Shown here piece after piece: positions 52,378-64,000 of a stretch of DNA of 64,000 bases. The first letter of the stretch is position 1; every line of letters begins with the position of its first letter. A program made the position numbers and the translations under genes. The stretch spans positions 18,105-82,104 of the forward strand of contig NMRA01000295.1 of NCBI GenBank assembly GCA_002633005.1. The letters are read 5' to 3'. The notes beneath the pieces were generated by a model that worked only from the letters and a program-made list of their open reading frames with translations, searched no databases and was not told the DNA's origin. The DNA is from Phoronis australis (lineage: Eukaryota; Animalia; Phoronida).

Positions 52378-53848
52378 CTGTATTCGCCGTAATAACTGCC
52401 CAGGGCGCTTAGAAAAGTTCGTTTCAGGGGGGCGCTTATTATAACCCAAGGTCGTTGAAATCCGGTCTCCGAAACGGGTGAAATCGGAAGCTAAGATTCA
52501 TCACATTTACGCTCTGTGACGTATCTGTAATCTATGAAAGACTTATTACAAAACCGTGGTGCATTGCTATCAAACGTTGCTGCTAAATTATCATCATTTT
52601 ACAGAAAATTGTGATGAAATCCCACGGCAAAAACTCGCTGATTGACTGCCATGCAATCGTCGATATGGCAACTTGAATGCTTGAATAAAAATACAGTTTC
52701 GACTCAAGCAAATTACCTGTATCCTCCTTAAGTTTTCCAAGTAGCACCCCTAAGATTTTTAAGTTGCCGTGGAGCCGGGATTAACGGCAGGTTTAAATAC
52801 AAATCTGTGCTACATCGTGCCATCTACATGTATGATCGGCAACATGAGAAAAATGTCTGGACGAACACACATGTTGTTGTCATGTGACATTTGTTTTGAA
52901 GTTCGTCTGCGTTGAGTAAGCGAGCGCGTGCATGTCACCAGAGTTCATTTGCCAGAGCAGAGACCGTCTTTTGGCCAGAGCCACGCAATCTAACGAGCTA
53001 GATGTGCATTGTATCTAAAGAAATTTGCACAATCAGTAGGCCTAAACCAGAGCATGTTTTATTCAGCACTTGCCGGTCTCATGTGCTAAAAACGTTCGAC
53101 ATTTCTCTCGGTAAGGTCAATATTAGCCGCCGTGAGGCTGGATGCGTATGTGACAGTTATTTTTTGGTGTAAGGGTGTGTAAGCGTTCACTGTTAGCGGT
53201 TGTTTTATCGGATATTTGGCTTAAAAACATCAGTTACGGATAATCAAACAATTCATCTTAAAAATAACGCAAACATTTTTATAGCATTAGAAACTGTCGG
53301 AAATAAGTGCCAATATTCATTTCTTGCCGATGCTATGCTACCCGTTTCATGAATGGATAGTTCCCGACTAATGTCTTTGATTACAGGTTCATGTATGTAG
53401 CACGCACTTCCTGGCCACGTGCTTTTAAAACTGACCAAGCTTTTTATTAGTCTTCGATTCTCGGTTTTCACGTGTATTTGGAATCCTGTTGAAAGCAGGA
53501 AATATCTACAAAGCAATCCCGTAGACAAGTACACTACGTCTGTTCTGAAAGGCCAGACCATTGGTCCTCGCAAGATCAGCAACTAAAACCTTTTGTGTTC
53601 GTTTTGAGGCAGAGCGGAAGTTTGAAGTGTATAGGCTAAATACCGACATAGCGGTGTGATTCGTGATCTACAAATTTTGCGCACAATGATTTTTTTTAGG
53701 ACTGTCGGATATTGTTGATAAATTGATTACGTTACTCTAGAATTTTAGGACTGTTGGTAAGGCATTTTTTGCATGTACACGTTCGCTTATTTTAGCAAAG
53801 TCAGAAAACGCGTGGGGGGCGCTTATAGGGGGCATGGGCGGTTATTAC
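52378..53848 (-). mobile_element. family A copy (near complete)
   Basis: Starts TA + ctgtattcgccgtaataactgccc, ends with a partial TIR gggcggttattac, and is colinear with the reverse complement of 20566-21993. Confidence 0.85.
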
Positions 53849-54799
53849 CATGCTATAAACAGTCCCACTAAATAAGATTGGTCCGCTCTTCAAGGTAAAC
53901 GGTGGGGTATGGAAAATTGAACTAGACCGTATTTATCCACCTTGGCTGATTTGCGCTCGGCTCACGATCAAAGGGATGCCGTCAAGCTGCTCTATTCATC
54001 GAGTCACGAGCGAGGATAATTGGCTTCACTCATGCGGATATGATCAGCTGATTACAATCTATCTAGCAGACTACTTTTTATGGAGAGAGTTTTAAGTAGT
54101 TTTTACTGTAATATTTGAAAAGAGGTGCGAAAACAAATATGAGTACAACTTTGAATTTTTCAAATCGGCCCAGGATAAGAGATTTTGCAACACAGCAACA
54201 CTCACGATTACTTTCAATCGGCGCGCACGAATACAAAAATATAGGACCCAAGTTATTTAGATTTTGGAACACATGCATTGCAGTATTCAAAATATATTAT
54301 GAATCTTACAAGCTGTAAAACGACGTTGTTTAATTTCATTGTGCTCATTCATTGTCATCCGTCAAATCGGCTATTTCCGAGATGTGATCTGCGGCGTGCG
54401 CGTATGTGTACAAAACACGTGATTGTTATGTTCCTGAAGCACGAAAATTAAGAAACTTTAGCATGCCGTTATTATTGACAGGGACACGATAAAACGAATT
54501 TGGATTTTGACTATAGTCTTGATACAGCGATCTGACTGACCACTGCGTCAGTGTCTCTGTTAGACCCAGAAATTTCTCACAGCCCGGGTAGTTCACTTCG
54601 TCCCCAACATGTAGATCAAGCCTTCGACTATTAATACTCCACGGTAGAGCTAACGACCGGCGGCCTGTGCACACAAAATCTGTGAGTTAACCAGCACTCA
54701 CCTTGCACATTGCAGCCGTTTAAATTAAAAAACAATCAAGTAAATGCCATTTTCCTGCATAATCCTCCGCCTTTTGTAACAAAAAAGTCTATCGTCGAT

Positions 54800-55335
54800 G
54801 ACCCACACACGCACGCTCCGGCACTCCCTCTCATACGCAGACGAACTTCAAAACAAACGTCTCGTGACAACATGTGTGTTCATCCAGAGATTTTTCTCGT
54901 GTTGTGGGGTACGATGTAGCGCAGATTTGCACTTAATCGCAATTAATCTGGACTCCACATGAACTTTAAAAATTGTAAAACATAAGGAAGATTTCAGGTA
55001 ATTTGTTGAGTTGAAATGATATTTTTATTCAAGAGTTCAAGTTTTCCTATTGACGATGGCGATTCAGCGACGCATCAGTCGGCAAGTTTTCGCCCTGTGA
55101 TGAGCACAACTTTTTGAAAAATTATTGTAATTTAACAATGGAAGTTCATAGCAATGCACCACAATTTTGTAGAAAGACTGTCATAGGCTAAAAATACGTC
55201 ACAGAGCGTAAATTTTATGAATCCTAGCTTCCGATTTTACTCGTTTGGGAAACGGCTTTCAACTGCCGTAGGCTACAATAAGAATCCCTTCCCCATGAAA
55301 TGAATTTTTCTAAGGGTTTATTAGAGCCAATACAG
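54800..55335 (+). mobile_element. family A copy (3' half)
   Basis: Homology from cgcagacgaacttcaaaacaaacgtc to a decayed TIR ttattagagccaatacag, followed by TA. Confidence 0.75.
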
Positions 55336-56155
55336 TATACAGCTTTCCACCAAGGCTAGGTGATGCTACAACATTATTCTTTGTTGCATTAGTAACTGGT
55401 CTTGGCTAATTATCATTTTATGGCCTGGTCATCCATTCAGCCAAAAGTAGTTCCAGAGGTGGCTTGTCAGCCAATTATTCACGCATGCTGACTCACAATG
55501 GAAGCCTGATAAGAGTGAAGGTGGATAAATGCAGTGTTTCTCCAGTTTCTTGTGCTAGTGGATGTGTTCAGGACATGCGGCGAATACAGTCATTAAGGAG
55601 ACTTTTTTATTAAGATTTCATTTTATTGAAGACAATATTTAAGAAAGTTGTTTTTCCACATTTGTCAACAATATCCTTAAAATGCAACATTTATATGTCT
55701 ACATGACTGGCAATCAGATCTTGAATATTGATTAAAAACTTGTTTAGAATGGGATGTACATATTCATTGAATCTGAAGGCATTGTATGCAAAGCGTTTTT
55801 GAATGTGTTGATAAAATGGCAACTGTATCAGTTGAACTACTCTGTGTCTTGGGGTAAATATTTATTTATAAATAAAATAGATGTTGGAATGCCATGCAAT
55901 TACAGACGGATAAGAAGAGTAAAATTAGTAAAAGTAAAATGACGAGAGTTGGTACTTAAATATATTAAAATATTCCCCTCACTCAACAGCTGAATAGTCT
56001 GATAATTGCAGATTATGAATTGAAGTTCTTCTGAAGTTGCAAAAAGCAGAATACTTTTTCCTGGTTACCTAATTCACCCAGTTGAGTTTTTGTTGTTTCT
56101 ACTTTGACAACATTTGAAATAAGTTTTATTTGTACATAGACTACAGTATTTCTAG

Positions 56156-56318
56156 GTTTGAAAATGTGCAAAAGCATGGAAAGAACGTGATGCGGAGAGG
56201 TGTTCATAATGGGGATGATATTGGTGGCAAACTAGCTTCATTACAAGATGAGCAGCTGAAACTGTTGTCAGTTTGGGAGGACAGGAACAAAATGTTACAA
56301 GACTGTCACCATGTTCAG
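56156..56318 (+). CDS. SPTBN5: beta-heavy spectrin exon 8
   Basis: Acceptor ttctag, donor gtagga. Encodes FENVQKHGKNVMRRGVHNGDDIGGKLASLQDEQLKLLSVWEDRNKMLQDCHHVQ, phase 2/0. Confidence 0.9.
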
Positions 56319-57009
56319 GTAGGATTACACTCCATCCTTGAATAGCTAAATCAATAGTAGGCTATTGTCAGCTTACCCTGATCTACAAGTAAGATTACAT
56401 TCACTCCATGAATAAACAAAATATGCACACTTTATTACCAGGCTAACATATTGTCCAGGTAGAATAGCGGAGTTGCAACGCCGCCATATTGGAAATGGGT
56501 CAGAATGTTGCATTGTGGTTAAGCTGGTAAACAAGTACGTCGGCAAGCGTGGGGGCGAACCGGCCACAGGGAGGTTATACGTGTTGTGTGCCTGGCATGC
56601 TATAATACCAGTTAGCGAAATAAAAAAATTAGTTACTACCTGTTTCCCAAGGATCAAGAACTGCGTTAAACATGGGTCAGAGACATCGGTAGAGCTGGTA
56701 GCAAAGGCCGACTTCGTGAATTCTTTCCGACTTCGTAGCATAAAGTGTGCAGCGCTCATTTTGAGGGCGGCAAGAAAACGTATCTTAGAAACTGCCCAAC
56801 AATATCTCCCTTCAAAGAAACAGTAACAAATACTCCACGGCGGTTGGTAGTGAAAAAAAAAATTTTTTTCGCTTGACCAGAACCAAGCCAACATGAGCAA
56901 TTTTGAGGATAATGCCTCTGCACAATCACCTGTTCTGGGTCGACTCACTTAACGTATGCTCACTATATGCATTACGCGCTAAGATAAAGCGTGCAGATTA
57001 TTATTATTT

Positions 57010-58268
57010 ACTTTCTACAAAATTGTGGTACATTGCTATCAAAATTCGTTGTTAAATTACGATCATTTTTCATAAAATTTTGTTGAAGTTCCATGGCGAA
57101 ATCTTGCCGACAAATGCGTAGCTGCTGGTCTCGCAATCGTCGATAGGGCTTGAATTCTTAAATAAGAATACAGCTTTGACTCAACAAATTACCTGAAATC
57201 CTCCTCAAGTTTTCCAAATAGCGTCTCTAAGATTTTTAAGTTCTTGTGAAGTCTGGATTAACTGCAGATTAAGTCCAAATCTACGCTAGATTGTAGCACG
57301 CAACCCGAGAAAAATCTCTGTGGGAACACATGTTGTTGTCACGTGACGTTTGTTTTGAAGTTTGTATGCGTGTGTGTGAGAGTAAGCGTGCGTGTGCTTG
57401 TCAGAGTTCATTTGCCAGAGTAATGTAATGATCTAGGTGTGCATTGTATCCAAAAAAAAAAAAAATCAAGCAGTCAAGCAGAGCGTGTTTTAATATTTAC
57501 GGCTTAGCACTTGCTGGCCTCATCTGCTAAAAACGTTCGAGAATTTTTTCGGTAAGACCGACATGTCACTCATTGAGTCGCCGGGTGAGTGGATGCGTGA
57601 CCGTAGTGTAACAGCTATTTCCCGGAAGATTTGGGGTGTAAGGGTGCGAAGTGGGTCATTTTGACCTTAAAAACACCAATTATGATTAGTTAAATAATTT
57701 CTCTTAAAAATAATGCAGAAGCTTTTTACGGTATTGGAAACTTTCGGAAATTAGTGCCAATATTTATTTGCCGATGCTATGTTACCCGATTAATCTTCGA
57801 TGACAGTCGGTACATTATGCAGCGCGCGCTTCTTGGTCGCGTGCTAACACTGGTCGAGTTTTTTTTTTTAGTCTTCGATTCACGGTTTTCACATGCACAA
57901 AGAAGTTTGAGGCCGGAGAAGATCTGTACTGGAAAGAAACAATGCAATCCCGCTCTTTGACAAGTACGCTGTGTCTGTTTTCAAAGTCCAGACCCGCGTA
58001 GTGGGGCACATCCCTCGCAAGAGCAGCAAAACTTCTGCGTTCTTTTTGAATCGCGGCGTAAGTTTGAAGTGTATACGGACATAACGGTGAGGCTCGTGGT
58101 CCGTTACAAATTCAGGCTGTCGGATCTTTCAATTGATAAATTGGAGACGTTAGAACTGTAGGTAAGGGCATTTTTCGCATGTAGTTCATGGGCTGGGCGC
58201 TTACTTTAGCAAAGTCTGAAAACGCGTTGGGGCACTTGTTGAGCCATGGGCGCTAATTAGGGCGAATA
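57010..58268 (-). mobile_element. family A copy
   Basis: Reverse homology, ending gggcgctaattagggcgaata. Left end approximate. Confidence 0.78.
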
Positions 58269-59717
58269 GCGGCAGAATTACATACAGCAGCGTAGTTTAA
58301 TGCACACAAATTACACGCCGTGCAAACCAGTCGGTCATCCCGTTTACCATCAACAATCCCAGTAGCCTTTGCGCACCCTAATTTCCGGACATGCGCAATC
58401 GTTAAATCGATTCGGTTGCAACTCCGCTATTCCATTCAAGTCCTGAAGATTTAGTGTTCTAATCTTATTGCCAGCATGTGGTGGTAGGTTGCATTCAGTC
58501 TTGAATTTTAGACTATGGTAAAAGTGCTGGGATTTCTGAACAACAGGATTACATTCAATCCATGAGTGATAAACCATTGATTGTCACAAGACTGCCATGA
58601 TGTCTGAGCAATTCTATTTTCGGTTCATGAATAATACACTGTTAGAAGACTTCTGTGACGATTTGTGAATAATCAAATCAGAACTTGTCCCAAACTTGAC
58701 AAAAAGTATTATGAATTATCAGGCATAACAATGCTGTTATGATGTCCAGAGAACACTGTATTCAATTCATGAATAATGAAATCCCAAATAATCAAATAAT
58801 CAACTGATATACTGTTGTGCCTGCTCATAATTACATCCAAATTCATGAATAATCAAACCACGAAAATCAAATGTTGGGAATGTCATGGTGTCCAGTAAAA
58901 TATAACATGATAATCAAAATCAAATTATGGCAAATTAGCTGTTAAATTACTGCCTATTATGTCCTCCAGTATAAATACGATAAATAATTAATGGATACAT
59001 GACTTGACATGTTGTCCAGGTATAAATTTTCACAAATAACAACATCAAGTATAGTCAACTGTTGCAACACATGATCTATCCAAGCTATGAATGTTCAAAG
59101 CACATATGATCAAAATCTGTTTTGTGGGTAATCCTTTTCACATTGCATCCAGACCATGAGTAATGAAATCTTCAATAATCCAATTAGTGAATAATCAGAA
59201 CACAGTAATCAACTATAGCCAGATTGTTGTGGTGGCCAGGTACTTAGTTTGTATTTAAACCAACAACATCAATCAGGAAGTAAACCACAACATCATTACT
59301 TCTATAAAGGATGTGGACTTTGAATTGAATGTCGTCTTGCAAATAAGTTACTGCAGTGTTAAAATGGTACTCATGTAATACTCACCAACTAAATATATGC
59401 TTATTATTGCTCAGCCACACAAAATATGTCTCGTACCTTTCAATAGGATAATATACAACAACCCCCTTCCCTAAACAGAACTTTCACGGCATTGGCAAGT
59501 AAAAAGAGTTTGTTTCAAACTCCAGTCAATGATGGAGTTGTTGATCCCTTTTTGTATTGGCTTACTATTCATCAAGTACTGATATCTCTCAATTGCTCTC
59601 TGATAATTTAAGGAAGTTTTTGAGACCAGTTTGTTTCAATTACAATCTGTATTTAGGTGTAAATCAGAAGGGAAAGAGTTTAGTGAATTGTAACTCTTGA
59701 AACTAATCATGAAACTA

Positions 59718-60001
59718 CTACATTCTGATGGTCATTTCTTGCCAAGCACTTACTGATCACATTCTACTGGTCATTTCTTGCCCAGCACATACTGATCACA
59801 TTCTACTGGTCATTCTTGCCCAGCATGTACTGATCACATTCTACTGGTCATTCTTGCCCAGCACATACTGATCACATTCTACTGGTCATTCTTGCCCAGC
59901 ATGTACTGATCACATTCTACTGGTCATTCTTGCCCACCATGTACTGATCACATTCTACTGGTCATTCTTGCCCACCATGTACTGATCACATTCTACTGAT
60001 C
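59718..60001. repeat. 38-39 bp tandem repeat x~7
   Basis: Unit actgatcacattctactggtcattcttgcccagcatgt. Confidence 0.93.
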
Positions 60002-60369
60002 ATCAATTAACTTTCCATTGGACAATAATCAAACTGAGGCTCGCATCCATTTTATGAAAAGTTAACTTAGACCAACATTAGTTATCTTTTCACCACAATT
60101 GACCATGCATAACTTGCTAAACTTTAGACACCTGTTGGCAAGTGTGAAATGTTGTTTTAAGAATACTTCAGCTCTATAAAGTCTAACTAGACATACTTGT
60201 ACATCATTAGGGAGTCAAAGTAAGAATGGAACCTTGGTTTATTGGCAAGGTAATAGGTGGAAGGTGTCATTCCGGAAGTTCATTTAAACGGCTTTGTACT
60301 GTCTCTAGACTACAATGCTTTGCCAGTTCCTGAATGGAAACCATACAGTCTTTAATGAGATATTGTTAA

Positions 60370-62035
60370 ACGAGAATGCCACCCAAAAAAAACAACCTAA
60401 TTTGTATCAATTTAGATCGAGTAGTTCTACTCCATAACGACACGTACGGTTGCGTTACCTGACACATGATGGCAGGCGGAGGTGTTGAAATTATCCAATG
60501 ACGTCATCGGTTTCACACACAGTCTGTTCAGCAGTTCACAACACGGGTTACTGGTGTCAGCTTATCGCTTGAAGTCATCGTTTAACACCAATAAATCATC
60601 AAAGTTCGATGTAAAACTCTTAAAACACACCGAATTCTTATAAAAACGTGTTGTTTTATTTCGCTCTTACAGATTTATTGGTGTTTGGACACACCGTAGC
60701 CTACAAAGTTCGGCAGGCCAATAAGGTCCGTAGCAGGAGTTTGGGGTCGGACTAGATAATTTCGAAGTATTTTCCGTGAAATACCAACAGGAGAACCTAG
60801 ATCTGTGTTGTTTAGACTTGTGATTTTTTGAGTTCTAAACAAAACGCTTGTTAGACTGGCCAGTGGCTCAGACCACGATCAGGCTCGTCGCGGCCGGTCG
60901 GATTGACTCGTTATCCCCGCCCAGTGACTCGGAAACTGATCAGACATCACGAACATAAACCAGCCAAAGATCAGTGGAAACTAAACTTCCAGTCAAGAAA
61001 TTACTATACTAGTGAGCCAAAGTAATGTGCACCTCATGGTTGGTGAATTAGCCACGAAACTACAAATCTGCTTACTCGTCGGGGGCCGCGAATTCAGGCT
61101 CCGCTTTGGCCACAGCACTGTCACGGCAGAAGTTGTACATTGACAATCATTATTTGAGTAATGTAAATGTAAACAAAGATTCCCCTAACATCTGGCCGTG
61201 GGATGGAAATTGAGTTGTTTCACACAGCAAACACTAAATTAGCATGAGCTCATACGGTCTAGGTGTCCCGTCAATTAGTTTTATTGCACCTAAAGCCGGT
61301 AATGCAGTGATTTATTCATTGCTGGCTTCTCAAATTATTTGCACTCACGAACACTCCAAAGGCATTACAAATTGCATCTAATGAGAAAGACTTTGTTTCA
61401 GTTTTATATAAGTATTGGTTAGGGTGAGAATAATTCATTTTGAAACAGAACGCTCGGTAATAAACGCCAACATGGCAACTCGCAATCCCGATTTAAGACG
61501 AGCTAGAGCTCATCAGTCCTGACTTCGCAGGTGGATCGTTAAGTTTTACAGGCTATCAATTCGAACAGGAATACAGTGATGAAGAAATAATAGAGAGGCG
61601 CTGTGAAAAAGCTCATACAACGGATCGTATGGAGTTATTTGGTAAGCCGGCATTTGCCAGGCATAGTCGACGTCGTCTGCAGGCCACAGACACGGAGATG
61701 TTTCAGGCCTCATACTTGCTAGTTACAGCGTACGTTTCATTCTTCACTACCATGAGCCCGTTCCTAAGCATTTCGGACTCTCGAGGAAGTAAAAAAAAAC
61801 GTTATACCCGCTTTCCTCGCAGCTGCTTAGTTCGGACAAGCGGGAAAGATGCACCACAACATGGCGGCATTCACTCTGCATATGAACCACTGACGTTGCT
61901 AGCATCGTTTCTCACCTTCCTCACAGGTTAACGCGACACCTATTGGCAAGGTAAGGTCGACCGTATGTGAGGCGATGTGGATATAGACCGATTCAGGCGG
62001 TAAAAAAGACTGATTAAATCGGGTGGCATTCTCCT
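60370..62035 (-). mobile_element. Kolobok-type non-autonomous DNA transposon, copy 2
   Basis: TTAA flanks (60366-69, 62036-39), the same TIR with one mismatch, and colinear homology to 46653-48491 along its length. Confidence 0.85.
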
Positions 62036-62439
62036 TTAAGGACCTCTAGGTTGTAAAATATAATGAAATAATCTTCAAAATTTGTTTTTACACAGTACTT
62101 TTGATTACAGTAGTGACAGTCACTTATTTTTAAATTTGTCATTTAGACAACAAATATCATCTTGATCACAGTTCTCAGCAGGGAAGTTATGGTCCTAAGA
62201 CATTGCATGAAATGGGGCAAGGCAGATTTGTCATAAGGTAGCCTGATATTAGTCATGACCAAAAAGTTTCATGAAATTTCCCACGGTCCTATATCCAAAT
62301 AATGACATTTTTCGAAAAAGAATTTTTGCTCAAGTGTTTCAGACATAGGTGCCAGTGTGCCTATGCTTTAATCAAAGGTGTAGACACCTATCCCTTGTGT
62401 CACGTGATGTAAATGTATGAGCACTTCCTTGTATAAGTA

Positions 62440-62830
62440 CATGTCTTAAAGATGCAGACATCTATCTCTTGTGTAAGAGCATGCCTTAAAGATGCAGACA
62501 TCTATCTCTTGTGTATGAGCATGCCTTAAAGATGCAGACATCTATCTCTTGTGTAAGAGCATGTCTTAAAGATGCAGACATCTATCTCTTGTGTAAGAGC
62601 ATGTCTTAAAGATGCAGACATCTATCTCTTGTGTAAGAGCATGTCTTAAAGATGCAGACATCTATCTCTTGTTTAAGTGATTGTCGTAAAGACACAAGCG
62701 GTTATTCTTTCTGTAATTGTCTTAAAGGCGAAGACATCTATCTCTTGTGTAAGTGCATGTCTTAAAGGCACAAGCAACTATCCTATTTGTGTGAGAGCAT
62801 GTCTTTTGGTGCAGACGACTTCCCGTGTGT
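62440..62830. repeat. 40 bp tandem repeat, degenerating 3'
   Basis: Unit atgtcttaaagatgcagacatctatctcttgtgtaagagc. Confidence 0.92.
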
Positions 62831-63412
62831 AAGAATATGTCTTGAAGACACGTTTGGCTGTCCATTTCTCAAACGAGCTGGTAAACTGTCCCTTAAGTAA
62901 GTTGGTTTTCTCGACTACGTTTGGTTCTGGATATTTTCTTGCCTTCCCATTTAGAGGGACATTATTGGTCTTATGAACAAAAATGCGTTATTGAGATTTT
63001 TGTTTGTTGAGATAGGCTTTTTGCTTTGATCTGAGCTGTAAAACAACAAAATATATTGCCTTTTGGTGGTTTTAATTCAAATCGCCAATTCTTGCCGTCA
63101 TCTATCACCCATTCGCTGATTTCAAGGCAGGTGACTTTAATCAGTTAAATATGTTTAACAGACTGTCATTTCTCGAGTGGTGTTTAGCTCCACCTAGTGT
63201 TGCACTGTAATCTAGAGGTGTTTAGCTCCACTAGTTGAGTATTGGACTGTAAACTGTGAGTTGAATTCCACGTTGTGGGCTTGTGGCTTTCTTAGAAAAC
63301 CACTTTCTCACCAATAATGTGGCAGCACCACTAAGACTTGTGTACGGGAAGTGATTTTGGTTAAACTTTGTATTTTAAATGTTGATTCAATTTGGTTCTT
63401 CTCTGATTACAG

Positions 63413-63490
63413 TTGTTTAGCAGAGAAGCTGATCAGATTGACGTTGTGACTAGTGGTCATGAAGCGTTCCTGGAGTTTGATGACTTAGGG
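63413..63490 (+). CDS. SPTBN5: beta-heavy spectrin exon 9
   Basis: Acceptor ttacag, donor gtcagt. Encodes LFSREADQIDVVTSGHEAFLEFDDLG, matching the karst-type F.READQID..T..HEAFLEF.DLG motif. Confidence 0.93.
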
Positions 63491-63632
63491 GTCAGTATCT
63501 CATGTTGGCAGGTACTACCGGTCCATGGGCAGATATTTGGAAAACGACCTTTCAAAAATGTCAAATGAAAAGAAATATATGCCTGGGCGTATTTTCATAT
63601 TGATGATGTTGGTTAATTGTGAAGTTTTGCCC

Positions 63633-64000
63633 TTTTTATGCGCCCACATATTTATATGTGGACGCATTATGCCGTCATCTCTTTCCGTCCGTCCGTCCGG
63701 GCGGCATCCGGTGTCCGGCGTCCGCTGCTCTATCTCCAAAACCCTTTGACATACGTTCATGAAATTTGGCACATATGTTCCATTCATGAATGGGACGGCA
63801 TGTGCGAACTTTCGGACGGATCCGACTACCGGTGTGCCCCCTAGTGGCAATTTTAGTTTTTTACGCTTACTTTTGTATCTTCAAAAGTCCTGAACGGATT
63901 TTCATGAAATTTGGTATGTAGGCACCTAGTAGTGAGATGACGCTATCCTGCCGTTTTCGGATGGATTCGACATAGTTTGCGCCACCTAGTGGCCATTTTT
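63633..64000 (+). mobile_element. HINE/DINE-like element, 5' part (runs off the window)
   Basis: ttttttATGCGCCCACatatttatatGTGGACGCAT hairpin, a (CCGT)n microsatellite and strong homology to 8103-8445. Confidence 0.7.

Noticed and set aside
56373-56948. Longest ORF in the track (191 aa, minus strand) and the overlapping 117 aa ORF
   Set aside because: No recognisable domain, a non-ATG start, and a position between an exon and a transposon copy, so probably chance.
15850-62830. Several minisatellites with 38-40 bp periods suggesting a common system
   Set aside because: Periods differ (39, 38, 38-39, 40) and the units are unrelated, apart from a short aactagttaaa shared by two of them.

Overview
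AT-rich metazoan (probably marine invertebrate) genomic DNA, not prokaryotic. The only host gene I can support is a + strand segment of a beta-heavy spectrin (karst/SPTBN5-type) gene. Nine GT-AG exons (27735-63490, 1163 nt) splice in frame into about 387 aa of spectrin repeats, and the gene continues beyond both ends of that run. The rest is intronic and dense in mobile DNA: seven copies of a Tc2/pogo-like element with CCGTA termini plus a related 2.4 kb element, two Kolobok-type TTAA elements with THAP remnants, a Penelope-like retroelement fossil, LINE fossils, Helentron/HINE-like repeats, Harbinger-like MITEs, a 430 bp foldback and many minisatellites. The most notable signal is a pair of minimal type I hammerhead ribozyme motifs (27176-27216 and 32560-32598). 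They sit in Penelope pseudo-LTR copies, both on the sense strand of the spectrin pre-mRNA, and bracket two coding exons. Family assignments come from recognising motifs by eye; no database searches were run.
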